Origin: Octopus vulgaris
Lineage: Eukaryota
DNA: 64,000 nucleotides
Direction: 5' to 3'
Assembly: GCA_951406725.2 (NCBI GenBank)
Contig: OX597828.1
Span: 13,702,001-13,766,000, forward strand
This document shows positions 38,512 through 51,367 of this stretch, in pieces; the stretch's first letter is position 1, and the number at the start of each line of letters is the position of its first letter. The translations under genes were made by a program, and so were the position numbers. The notes under the pieces were generated by a model that was given only the letters and a program-made list of their open reading frames with translations, ran no database searches and was not told the DNA's origin.

Positions 38512-40746
38512 AGAGTGTTTGAAGTGGTAGGGTTACAGATATTGTATATTAAGAAGAAGGAGTCAGTCAGAATTTTGGATAATTCTTTATTAGAACTTTT
38601 GTTTATTTAATTGAACTCTTGAAGATCTAAAGAGTTTGATTCAACAAACGAAAGCGCTAATAAAAAATTATCAAAATTCTGATTTCCTCCTTCTTCCTAG
38701 TATGTATATGGTATTTTATTTCTGTAATTGAATTGATTGGGTGCGGAAACAGCTGTAGGCAGGAACTTCCCTGCATGAATTTGAATGTCTTTAAATAAAT
38801 ATGTAAGTCAATTTTATCCATTTTCTCATTCATAAAGTTTTTTCTAAATACCTATACGTTTCAATGATAAACTAATATATTTGATTTTCACTGAACGCTG
38901 GTATAAACTGGAGAACTAAGATGCTCACATCCCTTATCCCTTTTGTTACCAACCCGGCTGAAACCGGCTCTGGATCTGAGTATAAATGTCTTGCTTTCAT
39001 AAGTTTTGAATTAAAATCTTCCACCTTAGTCACAATTTATGTTCCTAACAGTAGCTGAATGATAATTAAGTTATTTTACTAAATTCTTTGTTATATTTAA
39101 AGTAATTGAAAGAAACAGAGCATCTCAAAATAAATACAGTAATGAAAGGGTTAAAGGAATTTAATTCCTTGTCTTAATATATATATATATTCTCTTTTTC
39201 CATCAATTAGAGTTCCCTTATATTTAACTGATTTTCATAGCGTCTGTTGCCATTTAATAGCCAACAAGAATGTACTGTAGCTCTTCACTCTGACATTCAA
39301 AACTCTGAGTATTAATAATGACAACCGTTTACTGTTTGCTCTATAAATTATAGAATATATATATATATAAGGACCCTATTCTTAAATACCTACAACCTCA
39401 GTATGTTGACACCTATAGGCAATGAAAATATAATTAACTACTTTTAGCCATAGGCTGAAACAGCTGTAAGAAGTGATTTTAATGATTTCAATAATTTATG
39501 TTATGACTTTTATAATTTGAATTCTTATCTTATATGTATTGAATTATAAGATGTATATGTATGCTATTGAAGTTCTCATTTTGTTAAATGAATAAATAAC
39601 CCAACATTATAATATCTGAAAGTTGATGAACAAACTAAATTTGTTTCTCCATTTTCTTATTTGTATTTTATATATATATATATATATAACGGGAAGGTTT
39701 ACGAAAATAAACAAAAGACGAAGGCAGGTGGAGTACAAACAAACAAATGTATTAGTATGGCGCTCAGGAATAGAAATCGAACAAGTCTTTTACGTTTCGG
39801 GCCTACGCTCTTCGACAGAAAGATACACAGAAAAGAAACAAGGAGAGGAAGAAATGCATGTAGGAGCTAACGGTCCATAATGGCATTCTGACTTCAGGCA
39901 GAAGTCAGAGGTCAGACGTTATATATATATTATATGCACATGCACCACAGGCACACACTCACATACACATATGTAAGGAGACAGACAACATACTATTAAC
40001 TCACCATTAAGAATGTATGCAGAATTTAAGGCCTTCTGGTACTGCTTGAGAACATTGACATAGAAAGTAGCTCGATCTCTCACTTCATCATCAGTATCAA
40101 GTTGGCATCTGAAGAAACAGGTAACAACAATACTTAACAGTAGAAACAGTTTCAAATTGTGGCACAAAGCCAGGAATTTTTAAGGGAGTGGGGGATGGGG
40201 CAGTTTGATTGCATCAACATGACCAGAGTTTATTTTATTGATCCTGAAAGTATGAAAGGCAAAGTTGATTTTGCTGGGATCTGAGTTCAGAACATGACGA
40301 ACTAGAAAAAAAATAACTCAAAGTCTGATGTGCTAAGAATTCTTCCAGCTTGTCATTGTACTTAACTGTGAAAATAACGGTTTCAAATTTTGGCATAAGT
40401 CTAGCAATTTCAGGGCAGGGATTAAGTTGATTATATTGACCCCAGTGCCCAACTGGTGCTTGTTGCATCGACCCCGAAAGGATGAAGAAAAGTTGATTTT
40501 GGTGGAATTTGAACTCAAAATGTAAAGACAGATACCTCTAATAAGAACCCATTAAAGTTGTTAATAGTCTTTTTAGGTGCAGGAGTGGCCGTGTGGTAAG
40601 TAGCTTGCTTACCAACCACATGGTTCTGGGTTCAGTCCCAGTTTGTGACACCTTGGGCAAGTGTCTTCTACTATAGTGTCGGGCCGACCAAAGCCTTGTG
40701 AGTAGATCTGGTAGACGGAAACTGAAAGAAGCTCATCATATATAGG

Positions 40747-40777
<31 letters not shown>

Positions 40778-41566
40778 ATGTTTGTCTCCCCAACATCGCT
40801 TGACAACCGATGCTGGTGTATTTTTGTCCACGTAACTTAGCGGTTCGGCAAAAGAGACCGATAGAATAAGTACTAGGCTTACAAAGAATAAGTCCTGGGG
40901 TCGATTTTCTTGACTAAAAGTGCTGCTCCAGCATGGCCTCAGTCAAATGACTAAAACAAGTAAGAGAGTAAAGAGTAAAGAGAGAGTAAGCACTTTACCC
41001 GGCATGCTAACGGTTCTGCCAGCATACTACCTTGCTTAACTGTGAGAATATTAGCAAATAATCAACATTATTATTACATTAGCTAGATTAGTTTATATAT
41101 AATTGTTTTGTTTAAAGCAATGTTGATTGTTTATATAAAAAATTAGCAAACTAGGATGAACTATCAAGCCATATTTCCTGTAAAATGACTGGTGGATGAG
41201 TGGCAGCAGTGCAGGGTTGAAAGAACTTTTAGTCTTGTCTTGTTGAAGACATGACAATTCATTTGGTGCTAGTGCCATGAGAAATGTATTAAATATACTC
41301 TACAGTGGTTGTTGATCGGAAGGACATCCAGCTGTAAAAACTTTGCCAAACTTAATAACATCTGAGTGAGATGTTGTTCCCTGGCCCCTCTAGGAGGATA
41401 ATAACTCTGATAAAGAGCTAATTTGGACTCTATCGTTCAAACATAGAGAGCAGATGTAAAATTATGATGATGAGGATGAGGAAGAATAGAAGCTTAATAC
41501 TTCAGACAGGACCCTTCATTGGAGAAAGAGGAAATGTTTTCCAATAGTGCTGGTTGTATTGAGAGG

Positions 41567-41600
<34 letters not shown>

Positions 41601-44600
41601 TAGAGAGAGAAAGAGAAAAAGAGAGATGTTGATGTGAGATGTTGGTGTGGACCATAAGCAATCTTCTCTTCAATTTACTTTTCCACTCTATTATTTATAG
41701 TTTAACACTTTGGTACCATGTATATATCCAAGAATGAGACATTTGATGAGATCAATATAGACACTGAGCTATTCTGTACCTCTAAAAGACAAGGCCAATA
41801 ATTTGTAGAAATACAATAATTCATTATGGACATTTAGAGAGTTTTGCGTTCCTGTCTATGCTATATTTTGAACAGAGTATTCATTAAAAGACTGGAAGTA
41901 TGCAAAAACATTATGCTAATAGTTTGATTGGCAACTCTAATTAAGATTGTAATATATTAGGTCAAGAATAAATATTTCTGAAATAACTTCTGAAGTCAAT
42001 AAAAAGAAAAGCTTCACTCTTATGTAATTTTATTTATAACCCACAAAAATAATCTTGCTTACCTTTCTAAGAGCACAACACAGCTTGGTAAAAGATCTTC
42101 ACACTGTGCTCCAAATTTAGCAAGGGCAGTAACAGCAGCTGCAGAAAATAATTGCAAGACAAATAATGAAAATTCTAAAACATGGTAATTTCAGGAAAGA
42201 ATTTAATACTGTATCTTTCAACATACAAGTTGAAACTTACAGCCAAAAAAGACAGGTCAACTCGTACATTAAATTACTCTGAAGGACCAAAAAGTCCTGT
42301 GAAATGCAGCAGAATCGGGGAAGGTAGTGATGATGTTTGACTGTTTATATTCTACACTGGCTTGTATGCCAGAGAATATGGTATGTGTTTATAGTTTAAA
42401 TGATAGTCAATAGAATTAAAGAGTCACCTAGTTACGTATTTAACCCTTTTATTACCAACCCGGCTGAAACTGGCTCTGACTCTGAGTACAAATGTCTTGC
42501 TTTCATAAGTTTTGAATTAAAATCTTCCACCAAACCTTAGTCACAATTTATGTTCCTAACACTAGCTGAATGATAATTAAGTTATTTTACTAAATTCTTT
42601 GTTATATTTAAAGTAATTGAAAGAAACACTGAGCATCTCAAAATAAATACAGTAATGAAAGGATTAAAACTGTAGCAAGAATATTGGTTGAAGCCCAAAC
42701 ACCAGTTTGGGCCTAGGAATTGAAACCAAAATCATTGTGTTCAGAAGTGAAACTAAATCTAAACAGCAAACAGCATTCTGTCACGGATTGATATCAGCAA
42801 GTGACTGGCTATTCAGGTCTCATGCAGAAACATTAAAAGCTTGCTTTTATTAAAAGCTGGGCTGAGCAGTGAAAATACAAGCAGATGCTTAACTTGTTAA
42901 AATCTCAGATATTGTAAACAACTATTTTTGGATAAACAATATATTGAAATGTAATTAACACTCTTGTGTTTGGTGCCATTTTTTTGACATGTAAATGGTT
43001 TACCATATGGCCAGTGGTCATAACACAGCTGATGCCAACAGGTTGCAGGAAGATATACCATTCAACAATGGCTGCAAAATTCAACAACTATTAGTCCACT
43101 ATATCTGCCAAGGATCTTTTTGGTTTGAATGGCAGTTTTTTAAAATAATTTCCACGTAACTAAACACTTTTAAACTTCGTATACTGGTAGAATGTGTTAA
43201 TAAAACATCTTTTTCTCTTGGCTTTATTGAGAAAGTTCTATAGTTTGTAAGATATTTGTTGTTGTTTTTCCTTCAATTTCTGCAATTTCAACCAATCAAT
43301 GACGTCTATTGAAGGTGAAAACATCCTGTGCCGTATGAATATGTCCCTCGTTTAAGAAACAGATTGGGTTTATTTACATTTGTGAAGAAAAAAAAGATAC
43401 CCTTCTCCCCACCCCTAACCAATCCTATAACAGATTGAAATGCAATAGATCGATACTAGGGTCATAATTATGGGTGATAATTTCATGTGACACTGCTAGA
43501 AAAAACTGCCGATCAAACCGAAAAGTTCCTCTGCCAATGCAGGTCTCACAAATACACAAGAACTGGTTAACCAGGCTTCATATTCCTTCCTGTCTTTGAA
43601 GCTCTCATTATTATTATTATTGTTGTTCGACCGTGGTCGAGACAATGGAATTTACAATGTTACACCAGACCTCACGGTCCATCATAGCATTATGGAGGTC
43701 CTGTTGCTGGATGCCTGTATCCCTGGAGATTACATCAGGATAGGAGAGTGTGCGCCCTCTGGTATCGCGAGCAGATGGCTTCCAGAGGAGAAGAGGAGAA
43801 ATTACCTCGTTTTCAGCTCTACAACAATGTCCAGAAAACTGGACTCTTCTACCTTTCACAAGAGATGACACAGGTGGTAATTTCCCATATATTTGTACGT
43901 TGGTTGGATGATTAACAGAAAACCTGATATAATTAAAATATTTTTCAAAAAAACGTAAGCTTTTATTGCAATTATAAGGGATTAAAATTGGGCCCCCCCT
44001 AAAAAAAATTAAGAGTTCTGTAAAGGAAGATTCTATGTGAGGAGTCTGTAAAGGAAGATTCTATGTGAGGAGTAAAAATGAAGAATGAAAAGACATTACC
44101 AGCTCTTACAGCAGCATTTTCTAGAATAACTCTATTGTAGATAAATCTGATGTATTTAGAAGGTGTTGGAGTACGTGGTCCTTCGCGGCCAAGAAGATGA
44201 AGAATGCGGGTTGCCAGAACTGTATGTTCACAATCTTCGATGAATTCACACAAATGGGCCAAACCTGAGAGAAAATATAACTGCAGTGAAAATTCATTTT
44301 CATGGTGAAGCATATATGTGTGTGTGTGTGTCTGTGTGTCTATATAACTGTGTACATGTGAGTATGTCAGTATGTATGTGTGTTGCTATGAAGCTCAATT
44401 TGTAACTACATTCCACAGCATGGCACCATGGGCAAGCATCTTTTACTATTGCCTTGGGCCGACCAATGCCTTGTGAATGAATTTGGAAGACAGAGTGAGA
44501 AAACCTATCATATATGTATATTTGTGTGTATGTGTGTGTGCGTATGTTTGTCTCCCCAGTATCGCTTAACAACTGGTGTTGGTATGGTTACATCTCTGTA

Positions 44601-45913
44601 ACTTAGCAATTCAGCAACAGAGAGCAATAGAATAAGTACCAGACTTAAAAAAAAAAAAAATTCTGAAGTGTTAAGGTTGATTTGTTCGACCAAACAACTT
44701 TCCAAGGTGGCACCCCAGCATGGCTGTGATCCAAAGACTAAAACAAGTGAAAGATGAAGGAAAATATACACTCATGAATTCTCTGTCAGCTGAGCATTCA
44801 CTCATTTGATCAACCGAATTCCTATTTGTGAAATTAACAGTGTAGTGGCTGAATATTCCACATGTAAAAAGCACCCGTGCTGGTGCCATGTAAAAAGCAC
44901 CAGTGCTGGTGCCATGTAAAAAGCACCAGTGCTGGTGTCATGTGAATAGCATTTGTGCTGGGCCATGTTAAATTCATCTGTGTTGGAGCCACAAAGAAAA
45001 CACCTGTGCTGGTGTCACTTATGTAGCACTCATGCAGGTGGCATATAAAAAAGGACCCATGCTGATCCATGTGAAAAGTGAAAAGCACCTGTACCAGGGC
45101 CACAAAAAAAAAAGGACTTGTGCTATTGTCATGTAAAAAACACCCAGCACACTCTGTAAAGCGGTTGGTGTTAGGAAGGGTATCCAGCGAAAACGAAGCT
45201 AAATCAGACTGGAACCTGGTGCAGTTCTCAAATTTGCCAGCTCTGGTCAAATCGTCCAACCCATGCCAGCATGGAAAAATGGACGTTAAATGATGATGAT
45301 GATAATAAAGAAGAACAACACACAGCCAATCTGGAATCTAAACCATGATTGTGAATGTAACACCCTAACCAGCATTAGGTCATGTGTCTTTATGGTATGA
45401 CAGTGTAATGGAATGAAAAAACCCACCTGACCTATGCAGGAATGGAATAATTAGACATAAGAATTATGATGATAAGAACGGTTCTAATGTTTGAGCAGTA
45501 CCCTATATCAGAACATGAGATTTTCTGATGGTACTGAATAAATAGCTTGGAACCATTCAGAAAGCCTTATAGCAATTTCTGTCTGAAATTTTAAGATTTG
45601 AACTCCCCATCCCCGCACTCCCAGCAAGTTACTTTAATTTCATTTTTGATTTGTTTGCTCTCTATTTTGCTTTGCTGTACAAGATTCACTGCTAATTTCA
45701 ATTGTGAGGTTTATTTTAAATACACATACCAGCTTCTTTTGCATCTGGGTTTTCATCAATGATAACAATGATATTGTTCACTATAGCTCGCTTGTAATCA
45801 AAGCCACCCTGCAACAGAACAACACAAGAGGAGATATCAAAGTAAATATCAATATAAATTTATCCAACTTAAAATGAAATTTAATCAAAACACTGAAGTG
45901 TGTATATATATGC

Positions 45914-46000
<87 letters not shown>

Positions 46001-48863
46001 ATTTAGGGTATCTAAGAGATACCACCACGCTGGAAATAGCAGCCAAATCTTGACTCTAAAACCACATTTTAGAGTCAAGTTTTGGCTGCTATTTCCAGCA
46101 TGGTGGTATCTCTTAGATACCCTAAATTATAATTTTAATAATAATCATTACCTTTGAAGGTTTTTATTCCCATGCTGGCCATTTGATAAGATCAATATTT
46201 AAATTAACGATCTTATCCTTATATATATATATATATATATATATAAGTAAAGAGCCCCTTTGGTCATGAATGATCATGAGATTGCATCTAGAAAGTTACC
46301 ACCAAGGCACAAGTCCTGGCAAGGTTGTTTATGGAACACAAGTAGTTGCCCATGCATATCAGCCTTCCTTTTCCACACCACCAGTGTTATCCAAGGGAAA
46401 AGCAAAGGCTGAAATAGCTTGGCACCAGTGACATCACAATTCATTTCTACATTTGAGTGAACTGGAACAATGCAAAATAAAGTGTCTCGCTCAAGAACAC
46501 AACACACAACCTGGTCTGGGAATCAAACTCACTACCTCATGATTGTGAGCCCGACACTCTAACCACCAAGCCATGTGCCTTCACTTATACATATATAGTA
46601 TGAAAATAAATTCTCATTTAGAAGGAAATAAACCTTTTGAAATGCTGAGAAGAAAAACAAAAAATTTTAAGAATTCAATCCTTTAACATTGAGAAAATTT
46701 TGTCAAATGTAATGCTTATTTATTCATGTTGTTCTGAATTAATCATGTATTATCTTGTAATTTTGAGATTTTAATAATGAGACTGCTTATTTTCAGAATG
46801 ACTAGCACTATGACCAGGCGCTGCCGGGTCACAGTGCTTGTGCATGCACACATACATGTGAGTACTGTCCAAATCTCTGACCAATCACATACAGCTAGCT
46901 GGCATTCAATTGGCGTATCAAGTTTCAGGCATTTTGATTGGGTTTCGGATAGAAAATTCACAAAAAAGTTACTTCTATTGATTTTTTTAATGGCTTTGCT
47001 GGGTGACTGGGGAAATGTAAAGATGTGCACGACCACCCTTGGAGGGTTTTGAATGACCATAGAAAGTGCGAGCCCTCTAATTGAAAAATTGTGGATTTGT
47101 ATAAAGGACACACACACACAGACAGACATTTTGTCGTTTATATATAGAGATATTGTAGGGTAGGTGTGAGAGGCCAGATTTGGCTGGTTTGAACATAAAA
47201 CAGGTAAGCTATTGTGGTCTGATGTGGCTGGTTTAACACTAGCATTTAAACTGGTCATATCCAGCCAAAAATAATTTACCTGTTTTATCCTCATAGTAGC
47301 CAGATCCAGCCTCTCACACATACCCAACATTATTATTCTAAAAATAAACAATCACATCATCATCATCATCGTCGTTTAACATCTGCTTTCCATGCTGGCA
47401 TGGGTTGGACAGCTTGACTGAGGACTGGTGAGCCAGAAGGCTGCACCAGGCTCTAATCTGATCTGGCAAAGTTTCTACAGCTGGATGCCCTTCCTAACGC
47501 CAACCACTCTGAGAGTGTAGTGGGTGCTTTTATGTGCCACCGGCACGAAGGCCAGTTAGGTGGTACTGGCATCGACCATGCTCAAATGGTGATTTTTACG
47601 TGCCACCAGCTCAGGAGCTAGTCTGGTGGCACTGGCAACGATCACGCTCGAACGGGGCTTTTTACGTGCCACCGGCACGGGAGCCAGTCAGCAGCCCTGG
47701 CAATGATATTGCTTGGATGGTGCATTTAACATTCTAACTCATAACAAGGCAAATAAATAAGCAAGCTGGCAGAAACGTTAGCATGCTGGGCGAAATGCTT
47801 AGCAGCGTTTCATCTGCCATTACGTTCTGAGTTCAAACTTTGCCAAGGTCGATTTTGTCTTTCATCCTTTCGGGGTCGATTAAATAAGTACCAGTTACGC
47901 ACTGGGATCGATGTAATCGACTTAATCCCTTTGTCTGTCCCCTCTATGTTTAGCCCCCTTTGGGGGAAATAAAGAAATAAATAAGCATTACATTTGGGAG
48001 AGAATGCTGAAAGAGTTAATCTTCATCCCCACTCCACAAAAAAAAAAAAAAAAACACACAAGAAATACAAAGAATTTTTGAACTAGTCAGCAAAAATGGG
48101 TATCAATATTAATATAGTAATTATTTACCTCATCTCTTAACATAGAAGAAAGGAAGTTCATCACAACGTTATGTTTGCGAGGGAATTTCAGGCAAAGAGA
48201 TCTAGAGAATAGAAAAGGAACAGAAAAAATGTTTTAAATCCATTTACACATAATTTTGAATTTCATGAAATTCTACATAGATATCTGCATTTAGTGAAGA
48301 TTAAAAAAAAAAAAAAAAATCCTGACAGAATGGTGGATGAAAGAATCATTCAGATCAGTAGAGCATTGGACAAAATTACTCATGGTATTTTCTTAAGGCC
48401 CTCATGCTTTCCGAAATCCGCCGAAACTACAGTCAGATCAGTATTGGACAAAATTACATATATGGTATTTTCTTAAACACTCAAGTCTTATTGGCCTAGG
48501 TGTTATCATGCATAGCACATTTCTAGATCCTAGCTAAATGCATTCCTGAGGAGATAAATGGTTAAAAAAATGTGTGGCAAGTAGGATTGAAACCAAACTC
48601 TCAGAAGCACCTTTATGTATTTACCAATCATGCTATGGGTTATTATTCTTCAATGAATCTCCTTTCAACTTATGTTATACCTGCAGACATCAAATACACT
48701 GACGTCACCAGCCTGGGAATGTTTGCAAAAAAGATTGGTGTTGCTACTCTCACTCACACTAAAATAACACATTAACAGCTTTCATCTGCATACAGAGTAG
48801 TCTTTCTTCAGTTTCTACTGCTGTTAAGTGATGTTGGGGGGACAAACAGACACACAAACATAT

Positions 48864-48897
<34 letters not shown>

Positions 48898-51329
48898 ACA
48901 ATGGGCTTCTTTCAGTTTCTGTATACCAAATCCACTCACAAGGCTTTAGTTGGCCCGAGGCTATAGTAGAAGACACTTGCCCAAGGTGCCATGCAGTGGG
49001 ACTGAACCCAGAACCATGTGGTTCATAAGCAAGCTACTTACCACACAGTCACTCCTATGCCTATATATATATATATACATACACGTAGTAGTACTATAAT
49101 AAATCATCAGTGACCTAAAGCCCTCATATTCTATATATATATATATATTGTTTTACTTGTTTCAGTCACTTTACTGCAGCCATGCTGGAGCACCGCCTTT
49201 AGGACTTATTCTTTGTAAGCTTAGTACTTATTCTCTTGGTTTCCTTTGCCAAACCACTAAGTTAAATGCACCAGCATCAGTTGTCAAGGGCAGGCTTCTT
49301 TCAGTTTCTGTCTACCAAATCCACTGACAAGGCTTTGGTTGGCCCGAGGCAATAGTAAAAGACACTTGCCCAAGGTGCCACACAGTGAGACTGAACCTGG
49401 AACCATGTAGTTGGGAAGCAAGTTACTTACCACACAGCTAATCCTGCACCTATACACACACACTCCCGTTTTCTTGTCATTGATTAATAATATATATATC
49501 TATATATATAAAACTCTAGTTGTGTGAGTGTCTGTCCCCTTCGATTTATATTCCTAACTCCTCCCACATTTTGCGGTGCAGTTTAACCAAATTCGGGTAG
49601 CTTATAGTCGTGATTAATATCGAGCCCGTCTGAGTATTAGCGCGCGTCTACGATGAGTCTACGATTTAAAAAATAATTTAACATCATTTTTTATTCCATT
49701 TTAATGCATAATTTTTCGTGTGTATATGGCGGCGGAGTTGGCGTCCACGCTCAAACACCTGCACCTGTGTTTGCTTCTCCCCCTTCTTCCCTCCCTCGTG
49801 AAGCTGTGGGGAAGGGAGTGTAAGGAAATCAACGTCGTAAAGCGTTGTCAAGGAGACCAGCGTTCTTTTAGAACAACGACTTCATGGCTTGAAGACACCA
49901 AAACAGAAATGGCTAAGAAAGCCCGAATTGGCATCTATAAGGGAAGTAACTCTCTAAAAATGCTTATATAGTTATTTCCCTTACAAACCCGAGCAACGCC
50001 GGGCGATACTGCTAGTATATATATAATAGAAATAATCCAAACTTTGTACAAACCTTATTGCTTGAACAACAACAATTTTGAATTCATCGGAAATTTCATT
50101 CATGAAATTTGAAATCTGCTTCATCAGACGATCAACACTGCTTTCACTTCCAGTCTAGAAGTAAAATAATGCGACATATATTATTTTAATTTTAAGAGAG
50201 GTGTTTTACAGCCATTTGTTAAATTCGTATCTTACATGTTTACTGAAACACGTTCATAACACAAATATACATACATACACCTTCTACTTGGTTTATGACC
50301 TATGTGACTTATGACCATCTGCAGTGAAGACTACAAAAAATAAATGAAAAATCGATTTTCGGATGTTGGGCAGCTGCGTGTATGATAACTATGGCAGCAT
50401 CTGGCAATGCAGGCATCCACTGCCTGCCACTGTCTTTCACACTATCACTTTCAAGCATCATTTGCATCAATGAAAATAGTGTTGAAAACTATACATCTGA
50501 CATACAACCAGATCAACTTCACGACAAGAAAATCCATCATATATATACACACACACAGAGGCTTCTTTTGGTTTCTGTCTATCAAATCCACTCACAAGGC
50601 TTTTATCGGCTTGTGGCTACTGCAGGAAAAACTTGTCCAAGGTACTGCACAGTGGGAGTGAACCCAAAACTATGTAGTTCGAATAAACTTCTAAACCATT
50701 CTTAACCACACGCCCATGCCAGCACCAACCAGTGTCATATCCTTAAATGTCTTTGATAAGGAAACTAAGGCCAGACCTATATGAGAAATAGTTATTTAAA
50801 ATAATCGAGAAGAAATAAACTACTGAGATTTACACACACACACGTATATAAACCTTTCTTTCTGTCTTCCTTTCTCTCTTTCCTTTTTTTTATCCTCTAA
50901 CCAAGCCTCCAAAAATTCACTACACGTTTATCTCTATAAATGTGTGTATACAGAATAATTAGTAAGGAAATAAAAAAGGCAAACCTTAAGAAGAGTTGTG
51001 ATAGCAAGTGTTGCTATGCTCCGGTTCAGGTCTGTGATCAGATTTTCCAAATCCAGATTACATGCAGTCACTGCTGCAGGATGTTTCATGGCTACCTAAC
51101 AATGGTAAATAAAGAAATACAGGATTAGAAGAGTCACATTCTAACAATGTGTGTGAGTGTGTGTTTGTATACACACACACACACACACACACAAATGATG
51201 AAATTAAAGAATTTCATTGAAACCAAATGGCAATTTTCTTTTTACTTTATTTGTTTTTCAATAACTAAATTGACCCCCAAAATTAATACTGCAAACCAAA
51301 TATAAAGCATTGGGGGATTTAAAGCCTAT

Positions 51330-51367
<38 letters not shown>

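Noticed and set aside
44860-45140. Regularly spaced ~26-bp repeats superficially like a CRISPR array
   Set aside because: Units are degenerate tandem copies with no unique spacers or cas genes, in a eukaryotic retroposon context
46743-47351. 202-aa ORF, the longest in the track
   Set aside because: It spans MITE and Helitron sequence across insertion junctions, so it is a chance read-through
50048-50984. Possible U12-type introns given the unusual donors GTTTGC and GTTTGT
   Set aside because: Neither matches the RTATCCTT U12 consensus; they are weak U2 donors
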